Source: Nitrospira sp. (GTDB lineage Bacteria; Nitrospirota; Nitrospiria; Nitrospirales; Nitrospiraceae). Taken from it: a stretch of 64,000 nt of DNA. Below the pieces are notes generated by a model. The model did no database searches. It had not been told where the DNA came from and saw only the letters and a list, made by a program, of their open reading frames with translations. Where the stretch lies: assembly GCA_029881435.1 (NCBI GenBank), contig JAOUMR010000005.1:7116-71115 (forward strand), in the 5' to 3' direction. Shown one piece after another: positions 55,771 through 64,000 of this stretch (positions within the stretch are counted from its first letter, which is position 1; every line of letters starts with the position of its first letter). A program made the position numbers and the translations under genes.

Positions 55771-56023
55771 TTCATTCCTTCTGGAACTTAGCCGTACTCA
55801 GCCACGACTCGAGCGCCCGATGTGTGTGGTCTAGGTGCAAGGAAGAAGCCGAATGAGACAGATTAAGAGTTCGTGTAAGAAATTCAACGGTTTGACTGAA
55901 GCAACAAGAATATCGTTCGCGACACGTTGCCCTTTGCCACAGGGAACACAAGGTCTCTGGCGCAGAAGGCAACAGACCACGGAGGTAGCGTTCTAATACT
56001 CGCCTCACGTTCTTCTCATAATC

Positions 56024-56098
56024 CGTTCGCCCTGAGCATGTCGAAGGGCGTGTGATTTCAGGCAGTTCCGTTCATGATTCGACAAGCTCACCATGAAC
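56024..56098. repeat. imperfect inverted repeat element in an AT-richer 600-nt intergenic region
   Basis: GAGCATGTCGAA (56034-56045) pairs with TTCGACAAGCTC (56078-56089), matching at 11 of 12 positions. The flanking CCGTTC motifs are also inverted. Translations read ...FALSMSKG... and ...MVSLSNHER..., which I associate with a short interspersed repeat often mis-annotated as tiny ORFs. Confidence 0.4.
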
Positions 56099-56371
56099 GC
56101 ATTTCTGGGACGCAACACTAGGTGTTGGTGATCAAAGAAGTTGAACTTCGAAATCGTTGCGATGTAGATCTTCCGCAACTTGCCGGAAACCCGTACAGGG
56201 GGTCGAATCATCAATCGCCCCAATATTCCGTCAGGCGCTTCGCGTCTTTATGATGAGGCCGCGTTATGTTATGTTCTCGGCCATGAAGGCTGTATTCACG
56301 ATGCCCGATGCTCTGTACCTGGAGGCGAGACGCACTGCCATAGGGCAGTCACAAGTGGGAAGGAAGTGCGT

Positions 56372-57646
56372 ATGAGGCGGTCACTTGGAGTGCTGGGTTT
56401 TGTCATATGCTTGAACATGACCGCAAACTCCGTGGCGGCGCTGGCAGCCGACGCTGGCAAGCAGGACTTCGCCAAAGGAGAGAGTCTTTTAAAGCACAAA
56501 CAATATGCCGAAGCGCGCGCGACGTTGGAGGCAGGGCTCATCAAGAATTCGTCTAATGTGCAGGCTCATTTCAACCTGGCTGAGGCCTGTCGAGGATTAG
56601 CAGCCTGGGACTGCGCGGAAGAACATTACGAGACCGCGTTACATCTGGATGCGAAATCCAGGATCAGGGGGACGAGGGAAGCACGGTTAAGCAAAATGAA
56701 GGTGTGGCAGTCGCTGGAGGAAGTGACAGCGTGGCGCTTGCTGGAGAAAGCGAAGAGTCTGATTGCCGGTGGGCAGGCTCAGCCAGACCAGATGAAGCAG
56801 GCGGAGGAGGCCCTGGACGGCGCTAATGAGCTGGGCCTCAATAATGAGCAACAGGCCGTCTATCAACAGTTACAAGCGAAATTCCCTGGGCGACGTTCGA
56901 CTAGCTCGCCGGATAGTCTGAAACCAGATGGATCAGCAGGAGAGGCGTTCCAGACCGATCCCCGCGACGTACCGATGGCGCTGGTGCCGGCAGGGGAATT
57001 CACGATGGGGAGTACGCTGAAAGCTGACGAAAAGCCTGTGCATCACGTCTACCTTGACGCTTTCTATATGGACAAGTACCACGTGACGGTGGGGCAGTAT
57101 GCCAAGTATCTGGAGGCGACGGGCACGGAGGCACCGCCGGAATGGGAGATCATGAACCAACCCCGCCATCAGAAACGTCCGGTCGTGAACGTCAGCTGGT
57201 CGGATGCAGCCACGTACTGCAAATGGGCCGGCAAGCGTCTGCCGACCGAAGCCGAGTGGGAAAAGGCGGCGCGGGGGACGGATGGCCGCCTCTACCCCTG
57301 GGGCAACGAGGCCCCCACCAGACTCCACGCGAATTTCGGCAAGAAGGAATGGGCGAACCATATGGCGTTGGTTCCGGTGGGGATGTTCGAAATGGGCAAG
57401 AGCCCCTACGGTATCTATGACATGGCCGGCAATGCCTGGGAATGGGTCAACGACTGGTATGACCATGACTATTACAGGAAGAGCCCAACGAAGAATCCTC
57501 AAGGACCGACAACGGGTAAGTCTAAAGTAGTGCGGGGCGGAAACTGGCTCTATATTCAGGAGTTTCTGGGATCGTCCTTCCGTTACAATGCCGAACCGTC
57601 TCGTAGGCACCTCGGCTACGGATTTCGTTGCGCAAAGACTCCGTAG
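56372..57646 (+). CDS. secreted TPR-like + formylglycine-generating-enzyme (SUMF1/FGE-sulfatase) domain protein
   Basis: The likely start is ATG 56372 (MRRSLGVLGFVICLNMTANSVAALA, signal peptide). The N-terminal region is helical-repeat. The C-terminal FGE-type domain reads MALVPAGEFTMGS, HHVYLDAFYMDKYHVT, RPVVNVSWSDAATYCKWAGKRLPTEAEWEKAARG, GIYDMAGNAWEWVNDWY, VVRGGNW and FRCA. Confidence 0.85.
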   Translation: MRRSLGVLGFVICLNMTANSVAALAADAGKQDFAKGESLLKHKQYAEARATLEAGLIKNSSNVQAHFNLAEACRGLAAWDCAEEHYETALHLDAKSRIRGTREARLSKMKVWQSLEEVTAWRLLEKAKSLIAGGQAQPDQMKQAEEALDGANELGLNNEQQAVYQQLQAKFPGRRSTSSPDSLKPDGSAGEAFQTDPRDVPMALVPAGEFTMGSTLKADEKPVHHVYLDAFYMDKYHVTVGQYAKYLEATGTEAPPEWEIMNQPRHQKRPVVNVSWSDAATYCKWAGKRLPTEAEWEKAARGTDGRLYPWGNEAPTRLHANFGKKEWANHMALVPVGMFEMGKSPYGIYDMAGNAWEWVNDWYDHDYYRKSPTKNPQGPTTGKSKVVRGGNWLYIQEFLGSSFRYNAEPSRRHLGYGFRCAKTP

Positions 57647-57709
57647 GTTCTGGTTGCCGGCGGATCACATCATCTACAAGCGCCTCTGATTCACTCATTG
57701 TGGCTAAGT

Positions 57710-57734
57710 GTCTTCAAAAGGCTTTGTGTTGAAG
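57710..57734. terminator. hairpin between convergent genes (7-bp stem TCTTCAA/TTGAAGA, 11-nt loop)
   Basis: Read directly from the sequence. It lies between the FGE gene stop (57646) and the stop of the minus-strand membrane gene (57794). There is no clear U-tract. Confidence 0.25.
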
Positions 57735-57793
57735 ATGCCGGGCGAGAGGAGTGGGCTGGGCGTCTACGGATCGGTGGCTCGACAGGTGTGCAT

Positions 57794-58270
57794 CTACGAC
57801 CGTGCCAGAATTGCTGCAGCAACCACCACGGCCAGGGCAATCAGAAGAGAGAGTCGCGGTAACCACCGCGCGGTTTTGAATACAATCTGCTCACCAGTCG
57901 TGCGTTGAGATTCGGGTATGGCACTGACGTGACTGACCCTTGGACCAAGGACGAGATCATGCAGCAAGGTCAGGAACAGTAAGAGAGCCACCAACGTCAG
58001 CTTGACCGTCACGATCCCCGACCAGGAGGCTGGGTCCATCACACGCATGCCGCGACCTGACAACAACATCGGGCCGGTGGCCACGAGTATCGCCATGGCG
58101 ACCCAGACGATGGGGCGAAACCGAAGTGCCGCCGAGCGAAACAGCGCCATGAACTCCGGCGCAGCTTTCCGCCCCCTGACCAAGGGGGCCAACACGAGGG
58201 AGAGAAACACCATTCCCCCGACCCAGGTTACGGCGGCAAGGATGTGGAGAATCACGAGAGTTGAGTACAT
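57794..58270 (-). CDS. integral membrane protein, CopD/DUF4149-like
   Basis: 158 aa with 4 TM helices. The N-terminus MYSTLVILHILAAVTWVGGMVFLSLVLAP is typical of the CopD-like fold family. Confidence 0.5.
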   Translation of the reverse strand: MYSTLVILHILAAVTWVGGMVFLSLVLAPLVRGRKAAPEFMALFRSAALRFRPIVWVAMAILVATGPMLLSGRGMRVMDPASWSGIVTVKLTLVALLLFLTLLHDLVLGPRVSHVSAIPESQRTTGEQIVFKTARWLPRLSLLIALAVVVAAAILARS

Positions 58271-58357
58271 GCGACCTCATCATAGTCGATCCGGTGAGAA
58301 AAATCGTCCGGCCTCATTCGCCAAGTCGGATCCCGGCGCTGTATCCTTGGACGGTCT

Positions 58358-58912
58358 CTATCGAGAAACTGGGGCATGACGAGGCGACGTTGAAGCGGCG
58401 AGTTGGAGCATTAGCTTCCGCCCTCGACTTTTCATGGAGGGGCTACCTGTTTTCGTGAGAGATGAGATGAGCGGCCGGATTGAATTCCTTAACCGTGGAT
58501 CCTGCATAGCCAAGTCGGCCAAGCTCTGCATCGCGAAGGTCTTTACGATTCGACTTTGGTCTTGAAGATAGCCTCGAAAAATTGCCGCGACGACCATACG
58601 GTCTCTCCGTGACAACTCCAATCGCGGAAGCATTTGGGCCAGGTGCCACCGCAGTTCCTGTTGTTCTGCGCATGCTGCCAAGCCGATGAGCCGCCGCTTG
58701 AAGGGTCGGAGCCACTCCGGATTCGTCACGGTGAGTTTTTCTACTGCATCGGCGGCACGCATGCGGACGAGTTCATCCTCGTGGTACATGCCATCTATGA
58801 GGGCGGGAAACAGTGCAGGGCGGCGGCGTACGATCTTCACCACCTGATTGGAGCGGCCAATGGAGCGTCTATCGCCACCCTTGAGCGTATCTAAAACAGC
58901 TCGTTGTTCCAC
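58358..58912 (-). CDS. HEAT/ARM-like helical repeat protein
   Basis: 184 aa and all-helical, with repeat-like segments (...DELVRMRAADAVEKL..., ...RIVKTFAMQSLADLA...). It starts 12 nt after the stop of the upstream sigma-54 activator, so it is probably co-transcribed. Confidence 0.4.
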   Translation of the reverse strand: MEQRAVLDTLKGGDRRSIGRSNQVVKIVRRRPALFPALIDGMYHEDELVRMRAADAVEKLTVTNPEWLRPFKRRLIGLAACAEQQELRWHLAQMLPRLELSRRDRMVVAAIFRGYLQDQSRIVKTFAMQSLADLAMQDPRLRNSIRPLISSLTKTGSPSMKSRGRKLMLQLAASTSPRHAPVSR

Positions 58913-58924
58913 AAAATGGAATCT

Positions 58925-60304
58925 CTACTCGATGGCGTACGCACGAAGCTTGTTGTAGAGACTTGCTCGACTGATCTTGAGCAACTTGGCAGCTTTCAAT
59001 CGATTTCCCGCGGTCTTCTTCAACGCATCAACAATCCGGGTACGTTCCGCCTGGGCAACAGCCCCGCGCGACGCCGATCGTAGACTCTCGTCGTCAGCAA
59101 CCTCATCCAGTGCGGCAAGATCAGCACACACAAGCGATGGACCTGTGGTCGTCACCACGGCTCGCTCGATGTAGTGCTGCAACTCACGGACGTTGCCAGG
59201 CCATGGAGCCCCGCTCAAGGCCTGCATTGTCGCCTCATCGATGTTCCGCACCACCTGACGATGTCGAGCACAGGAATCTGCGACAAAGTGCTGTGCCAGC
59301 AAGGGGATGTCGTCTCGGCGTTCCCGGAGCGCCGGCAAATACAGCGGCAACACCGCAAGCCGATAGTACAGGTCCTGTCGGAACATCTTCCCTTTCACCA
59401 GTTCAGCCAAATCTTTGTTCGATGCAGAGATGACCCGTGCATGGATCTTCATCGATCGCGTGCCACCGACCGGTTTGATCTCGCCTTCCTGTAACACCCG
59501 CAGAAGCTTCGCCTGAAAGGTCGGCGTCGTATCGGCAATTTCGTCGAGGAAAATCGTCCCCCCGTTGGCTGCTTCGAACAAGCCTCGTCTGTTTGCCACC
59601 GCTCCAGTGAATGCTCCTCTCACGTGACCGAAGAGTTCACTTTCCAGAAGAGTTTCAGGAAGTGCGCCACAATCGACCACGACGAACGGCTGTTGATTCC
59701 TCTGACTGAGCGCATGGATCGTTCTCGCCAGGAGTTCTTTTCCGGTTCCGCTTTCACCCTGAATGAGAACCGTGGCCGAGCTGTCAGCGACCAACCGGGT
59801 CATGTCAAAGAGTTGTTGCATGATCTGGCTCTGGCCGATGAGATTGCCGAGTCGAGCCGTGATAGGCAAAATCGAGATATCATTGGGCGGAGTGCTGTGC
59901 GTCGTTTTCGATGCCGATTCGAAGAGTACCAGCATCGATGCTACTGCACCCTGCTGATCGGTTAACGGAAATGCCTGCTGCATCCCGCAGGCGGTGCCGT
60001 CACCCCCTCCTGAACAAGACACACACTGCACCTCAGGCACCTCGAACACTTTAATCGCCGGACAGGTGCCGCACGGGTCCGTGCGGTGCGCAAACGCTTC
60101 ATAGCACTTGGCGTGACGCCGAGGAGTTGGTTCAGTCTGGCAGGTGATCCATGCCGCCTCGTTGGCGTACACGATATTGAAGGCACGATCCATAACCGCC
60201 ACTCGGTTGGACAATCCACGAGCGAGTTGTTTAATGGCTTCAATGCGAGCAGTAATGATGGGATCTGTCGGCGCGGACCCGTGCTGGATGTCTGAGTCAG
60301 ACAA
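58925..60304 (-). CDS. sigma-54-dependent transcriptional activator with Cys-rich PAS-like N-terminal sensor
   Basis: The AAA+ enhancer-binding-protein core has GESGTGKE, GAFTGA and ESELFGH, and the C-terminal Fis-type HTH reads AGNRLKAAKLLKISRASLYNKL. The N-terminal 140 aa carry 7 Cys, including CGTC and CVSC pairs. Confidence 0.9.
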   Translation of the reverse strand: MSDSDIQHGSAPTDPIITARIEAIKQLARGLSNRVAVMDRAFNIVYANEAAWITCQTEPTPRRHAKCYEAFAHRTDPCGTCPAIKVFEVPEVQCVSCSGGGDGTACGMQQAFPLTDQQGAVASMLVLFESASKTTHSTPPNDISILPITARLGNLIGQSQIMQQLFDMTRLVADSSATVLIQGESGTGKELLARTIHALSQRNQQPFVVVDCGALPETLLESELFGHVRGAFTGAVANRRGLFEAANGGTIFLDEIADTTPTFQAKLLRVLQEGEIKPVGGTRSMKIHARVISASNKDLAELVKGKMFRQDLYYRLAVLPLYLPALRERRDDIPLLAQHFVADSCARHRQVVRNIDEATMQALSGAPWPGNVRELQHYIERAVVTTTGPSLVCADLAALDEVADDESLRSASRGAVAQAERTRIVDALKKTAGNRLKAAKLLKISRASLYNKLRAYAIE

Positions 60305-60376
60305 GGCTATCTCGTGTCACACGGAAGCATTGGTTCTGGGAGTGATACGCCGTGAGCTGACAAACGGACTGACCCA

Positions 60377-60772
60377 TCAGCCATCAGCTCTCGTTCCAGA
60401 GTCCAACAATTGTTGCACACATTTCTTGAGGTCGGCAATACGGATGGGCTTGTCAAAGTAGGCGTTTGCTCCTGCTTTTAACACTCGGGCTTTCAAGGTC
60501 GCATCACCAAATCCTGTGATCACGACAATGGGACAGTGGGGAGCCACAGTTCGTAAGCGGCTGACGTAATCATCTCCACCTGCCGGCATTCGCAGATCGG
60601 TGAGGATCAGGTCCGGTACGGATTGCAGCACAGACAGAAAGGCTTCGTCTCCATCCCTTGCCTCGCGAAGCTGATACCCCGTTCCCCAAAATTCATCACA
60701 GAGCAGACTGCGCATGTCCCGATCATCTTCGACAATCAGTAGAACGGCCGCCTTTCGTTCGGGCAGGGTCAT
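60377..60772 (-). CDS. stand-alone response-regulator receiver (CheY-like)
   Basis: 131 aa with LLIVEDDRDMRSLL, ...LILTDLRMP... and ...YFDKP. GAGGAGG lies upstream of the ATG. Confidence 0.85.
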   Translation of the reverse strand: MTLPERKAAVLLIVEDDRDMRSLLCDEFWGTGYQLREARDGDEAFLSVLQSVPDLILTDLRMPAGGDDYVSRLRTVAPHCPIVVITGFGDATLKARVLKAGANAYFDKPIRIADLKKCVQQLLDSGTRADG

Positions 60773-60820
60773 AATCCTCCTCGCCTCTGGTCATTCCTAA
60801 GATGTCAGAGAAACTACGAG

Positions 60821-60835
60821 GCAAGGTGCGTGCCC
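60821..60835 (-). promoter_or_regulatory. candidate sigma-54 (-24/-12) promoter
   Basis: The minus strand reads GGGCACGCACCTTGC, that is GGCACG-N4-TTGC, matching the TGGCACG-N4-TTGC consensus apart from the first T. The -12 element lies about 49 nt upstream of the receiver gene ATG (60772). Confidence 0.55.
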
Positions 60836-61023
60836 CAAGAAGTCGGTGACAGTGATCAAATGCCCTGAGAATTGAGGCAGAATCGGGATGAGCAGGAATC
60901 GAGTGGCGAGAAAGTCCACATCCACGGGCATATCTGCTGTTGCAGGATGCAACAGCTTTTGGACCCCCGCCATGTCGCTGAAGGTCCCCGGCTGACAGGT
61001 CCCATTGTCAGTTCGTTCTGCTG

Positions 61024-63324
61024 TCAACTGGTTGACGCAAGCGGCAAAAGCACTTTAAACGTCGTCCCCTTCCCTTCTTCGCTCTCAACGGCGATGGAGC
61101 CCTGATGCTCTTCGATGATGCCCTTGACCACGGTTAATCCCAATCCGGTCCCCTTGCCGAACTCTTTTGTCGTAAAGAAGGGCTCGAAGATCTTCGTAAC
61201 CATAGCCCTGGGAATTCCACAGCCCGTATCAGCGACCGTGAGTTTGACCATCTGTTTCTCCGCCATCAGCGCGACTCGCAACGTGCCGCCGTCCGGCATG
61301 GCATGCACGGCATTCATGACGAGGTTGATGAAGATTTGACTCATCTGATCGGGATCGGCCAGCACCAAGGGACAATGATCGGCCAGAATCAATTCGACCT
61401 TGATCAGGCTTTGCGCGAGACGTTCCTCAAACATCTCCATACCGTCCTCTATCACTGTCCGGATGTTCAGAGGACGTCGTTCGGGCGCTTTGCGCCGTGC
61501 AAACGATAGTAGCTGATTCATAACCTTCGTAATCCGCTCCACCTGTGTGACGATGGTCTGGAGCCCCTTTTTGATCGGCTCCTCCGTCACTCGATCCATC
61601 AGATATTCGGCTCGGCCAAGAATGACATTCATCGGCGTCCCGATTTCGTGCGCCATACCGGATGCCAACGTCCCAAGCTCCGCAATCCGCTCGGTCTTGC
61701 GCAATTGTTCCTGCAGCCGCTTCCATTCGCTGACATCCCGGAGCATGGCCAAGATGGCCGGCCCCTCTTCATCAGTGAACCGAGTCGCACTCATCTCGAC
61801 GTCGAGCGACCTCCCATCGAGCCTGACAATTTGTTCCTCCGTGACGGGAACAACTTGCCTGCCCTCTAACAACTCATGGATCCGCTGACGAACGACGGCA
61901 TGACAATCCGGATGAATAAGGTCCAACAGCGGCGTCCCCAGAATTTCATCCGCCTTCACCCCTCCGAACAGCTTGATGGCCTGGTCGTTCGCAAACACAA
62001 TCCGGTCGCCTCTGTTTACAAGGATTGCGTAGGGTGAGAACGCGATGAGGCGTCTGTAACTTTCTTCGCTCTGTCGGAGCAACTGTTCGGCTCGCTTGCG
62101 TTCGGTCACGTCGGTGACGAATCCTTCTAGGTAGTTGAGCGAGCCGTCCAATCTGTAAATCCCCTCCCCCCGCTCCCAAACCCACTTGACCTCGCCTGAT
62201 TTAGTTAGGACGCGGTAGGTCATCTCGAAGGGACGATGTTGCTCCAAGGCGGTTTGAACTTCCTGCCACACGTGCTCTCGGTCATCAGGACGCATCTTCT
62301 CGCCGTATGAGATGCTGCGTTGAGCGAGATATTCATCGACGGTATACCCTGTCAAATCGGATACCCCCTCACTGACATACTCGAATGTCCGGTCGCGATC
62401 ATTATTGCAACGATACACGAAGCCCGGAAGATTGCCGATCAACGTGGCAAGTTGCCGCTCACCTTCGCGGATGGTCTCTTCCGCCTGTTTACGTTCGGTG
62501 ATGTCCCGGAGAATGACGGTATAGAATTTCTTCCTCTCCACGACGATATGCGAGATGGCGGCTTCGATCGGAAACTCCTCTCCGTTCGAGCGGAGCCCCA
62601 TCACCGTTCCCAATTTACCCATCTTTCGGCTCGTCAAACTGGATTCCCCGAATCCCTGAACATGGTGATGGTGGGCTTCCCGGAAACGTGCCGGCAAGAA
62701 GCGATCAAGCGGTTGCCCGATGGCCTCTCGAGTGGAACAGCCGAACATCTGCTCAGCCGCGCGGTTAAACAACACCGCTCTTTGCTCCTCGTCCACGGTG
62801 ATGATCGCATCCATCGCGGATTCAATGATGCTTTCCAGCCTGAGCCGGCTGATCAGGAGTTGCTCCTCAGCCTCACTGCGGCCGACTGCGGCACGCACGG
62901 CGTCCCTATCCGCATAGTAGCGTGCTTCTTGCGCCGCCATCATGAGGCCTTCGGCTTGGGCTTGCTCGACACGCGCGGACTTCAGCTCCTGCTGAGTCCG
63001 TTTATACTGGATCAATCCTATGGCAATGCCCCAGATGAGCGTCGTACCCAATGCGCGGTTGGATACCGCGTAGGGAATCGGGACACCGACCGGTTTGACC
63101 AGAAGGTCGATCCAGGTCAGCACAGTGGCTGCCGCTGAGAAATAGAGCGGGTCGCGCACGCGGGGTGAGAATAGTGTCAGTAGTATCGGAATGACATACA
63201 GAATCGACACGGCAATTCCGACCGGAGCGAGGAGGTCGATGACAAGAATTCCGATCGTGAGAAAGGGGATCATCCACGGCACAGCACGCATAACATACCT
63301 GTCCACGAGCTTCACGTGATCCAT
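61024..63324 (-). CDS. membrane-bound multi-PAS sensor histidine kinase
   Basis: 766 aa. It has an N-terminal block of about 4 TM helices, a coiled coil and three PAS-like segments. The H-box reads HEIGTPMN, the N-box [10 protein letters not shown]1 DTGCGI and G2 GTGLGL. Confidence 0.9.
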   Translation of the reverse strand: MDHVKLVDRYVMRAVPWMIPFLTIGILVIDLLAPVGIAVSILYVIPILLTLFSPRVRDPLYFSAAATVLTWIDLLVKPVGVPIPYAVSNRALGTTLIWGIAIGLIQYKRTQQELKSARVEQAQAEGLMMAAQEARYYADRDAVRAAVGRSEAEEQLLISRLRLESIIESAMDAIITVDEEQRAVLFNRAAEQMFGCSTREAIGQPLDRFLPARFREAHHHHVQGFGESSLTSRKMGKLGTVMGLRSNGEEFPIEAAISHIVVERKKFYTVILRDITERKQAEETIREGERQLATLIGNLPGFVYRCNNDRDRTFEYVSEGVSDLTGYTVDEYLAQRSISYGEKMRPDDREHVWQEVQTALEQHRPFEMTYRVLTKSGEVKWVWERGEGIYRLDGSLNYLEGFVTDVTERKRAEQLLRQSEESYRRLIAFSPYAILVNRGDRIVFANDQAIKLFGGVKADEILGTPLLDLIHPDCHAVVRQRIHELLEGRQVVPVTEEQIVRLDGRSLDVEMSATRFTDEEGPAILAMLRDVSEWKRLQEQLRKTERIAELGTLASGMAHEIGTPMNVILGRAEYLMDRVTEEPIKKGLQTIVTQVERITKVMNQLLSFARRKAPERRPLNIRTVIEDGMEMFEERLAQSLIKVELILADHCPLVLADPDQMSQIFINLVMNAVHAMPDGGTLRVALMAEKQMVKLTVADTGCGIPRAMVTKIFEPFFTTKEFGKGTGLGLTVVKGIIEEHQGSIAVESEEGKGTTFKVLLPLASTS

Positions 63325-63383
63325 CCCGGCCTATGTCAAGATTGGTCCGAGCCAATCCTGATCTGATGATCAGAAAGAGGTTG

Positions 63384-64000
63384 TCATTCCTCTGGATGAG
63401 ACTTCCCTTCGATTTCGGCGAGCTTACGATACAAGGTCTTTCTGTCGATGCCAAGGGCGTGAGCGGCTTGGTACTTATTGCCGCCGGACTTTTCGAGGAT
63501 CTTCTTGATGTATTCCTTTTCTAATTCATCTAAAGGGAGCGCCTTCTCGGCCGCTTCGTCCAAAACACGACGGTCACCACGAGCTCCTTGCACCGCTGGA
63601 GGGAGATCATCCGGAGAAATCTTCTCACCTCGACTGAGCGTCACCGCCCGTTCGATGACGTTCTCCAATTCCCGTACGTTGCCGGGCCAGGCATAGTCCA
63701 TTAACATCGCCAAGGCCGCCTCGGTCACGCCCTTGACCTCTTTCCCGCGCACCTCGCCGCACTTTTTCAGAAAGGCCTCCACCAAGAGCGGGATGTCCTC
63801 TCGGCGCTCCCGGAGCGGTGGTAGCTTCAATTCAATGACATTGAGCCGATAATAGAGATCCTCCCGGAATCGTTTGTTCTTCACTTCCTCGCTGAGATTC
63901 AAGTTGGTGGCGGCAATGATGCGCACATCGACCGAGATCGGTTTGGTGGCTCCCACCCGCCTGATTTCTTTTTCTTGGATCGCGCGCAGAATCTTGGCCT
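63384..64000 (-). CDS. sigma-54-dependent (NtrC-family) regulator, C-terminal part; 5' end beyond the window
   Basis: ...VDVRIIAATN..., YRLNVIELKLPPLRERREDIPLL, WPGNVRELENV and the Fis-type HTH GGNKYQAAHALGIDRKTLYRKL. The reading frame stays open to position 64000. Confidence 0.85.
   Translation of the reverse strand, partial: AKILRAIQEKEIRRVGATKPISVDVRIIAATNLNLSEEVKNKRFREDLYYRLNVIELKLPPLRERREDIPLLVEAFLKKCGEVRGKEVKGVTEAALAMLMDYAWPGNVRELENVIERAVTLSRGEKISPDDLPPAVQGARGDRRVLDEAAEKALPLDELEKEYIKKILEKSGGNKYQAAHALGIDRKTLYRKLAEIEGKSHPEE

Noticed and set aside
55772-56223. 78-aa and 72-aa minus ORFs in the 600-nt gap
   Set aside because: No RBS. The second is the read-through translation of the inverted-repeat element (MVSLSNHE-type artefact).
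60797-61027. 76-aa minus ORF between the histidine kinase and receiver genes
   Set aside because: It relies on a TTG start overlapping the kinase stop, has no family resemblance, and contains the candidate sigma-54 promoter. That fits better with a non-coding leader.
62320-63138. 272-aa + ORF
   Set aside because: Antisense shadow of the PAS histidine kinase.
1-64000. Search by eye for CRISPR arrays, tRNA/rRNA genes, IS elements/transposases, integrases, toxin-antitoxin pairs, and known defence systems or prophage genes
   Set aside because: I found no regularly spaced direct repeats, no tRNA-like T-loop/acceptor signatures in intergenic gaps, and no DDE, tyrosine-recombinase or phage-like translations in the ORF track. 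Short or degenerate elements could have been missed without computational tools.

Overview
The window is a 64-kb chromosomal segment of a diderm (Gram-negative-type) bacterium and is moderately GC-rich by eye. Coding is almost entirely on the minus strand. Only a 9.25-kb NRPS gene, its PPTase, one small secreted protein and an FGE-domain protein are on the plus strand.

Gene content from left to right:
- A cytochrome-c / DsrE / DUF2892 module with a TsdA/SoxA-like dihaem cytochrome.
- An orphan FAAL-initiated bimodular NRPS plus an Sfp-type PPTase, bracketed by two OsmC genes.
- A P-type ATPase.
- An Mla/Mce-type ABC system, followed by ftsH.
- A patch of decayed genes: a frameshifted ferritin-like gene, a superoxide dismutase (SOD)-like remnant and a 36-nt nhaA relic.
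- zwf and nhaA.
- A GH15 remnant.
- An xfp-ackA-glgP-glgX carbon-storage/phosphoketolase block.
- A TolC-HlyD-YbhFSR-like ABC-2 exporter followed by an unusual beta-helix membrane protein.
- An RND pump pair.
- A string of small orphan genes.
- A sigma-54 signalling cluster.

I saw no rRNA, tRNA, CRISPR array, transposase, integrase or recognisable defence genes.

The best candidates for something new are:
- The NRPS. By hand alignment its first condensation (C) domain reads HRxxxDG and its thioesterase (TE) reads GxCxG, with further non-canonical triad positions.
- The ABC-2 exporter with its appended beta-helix protein.

All family calls come from motif recognition by eye. No database search was possible. 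Start codons are often uncertain by tens of codons.
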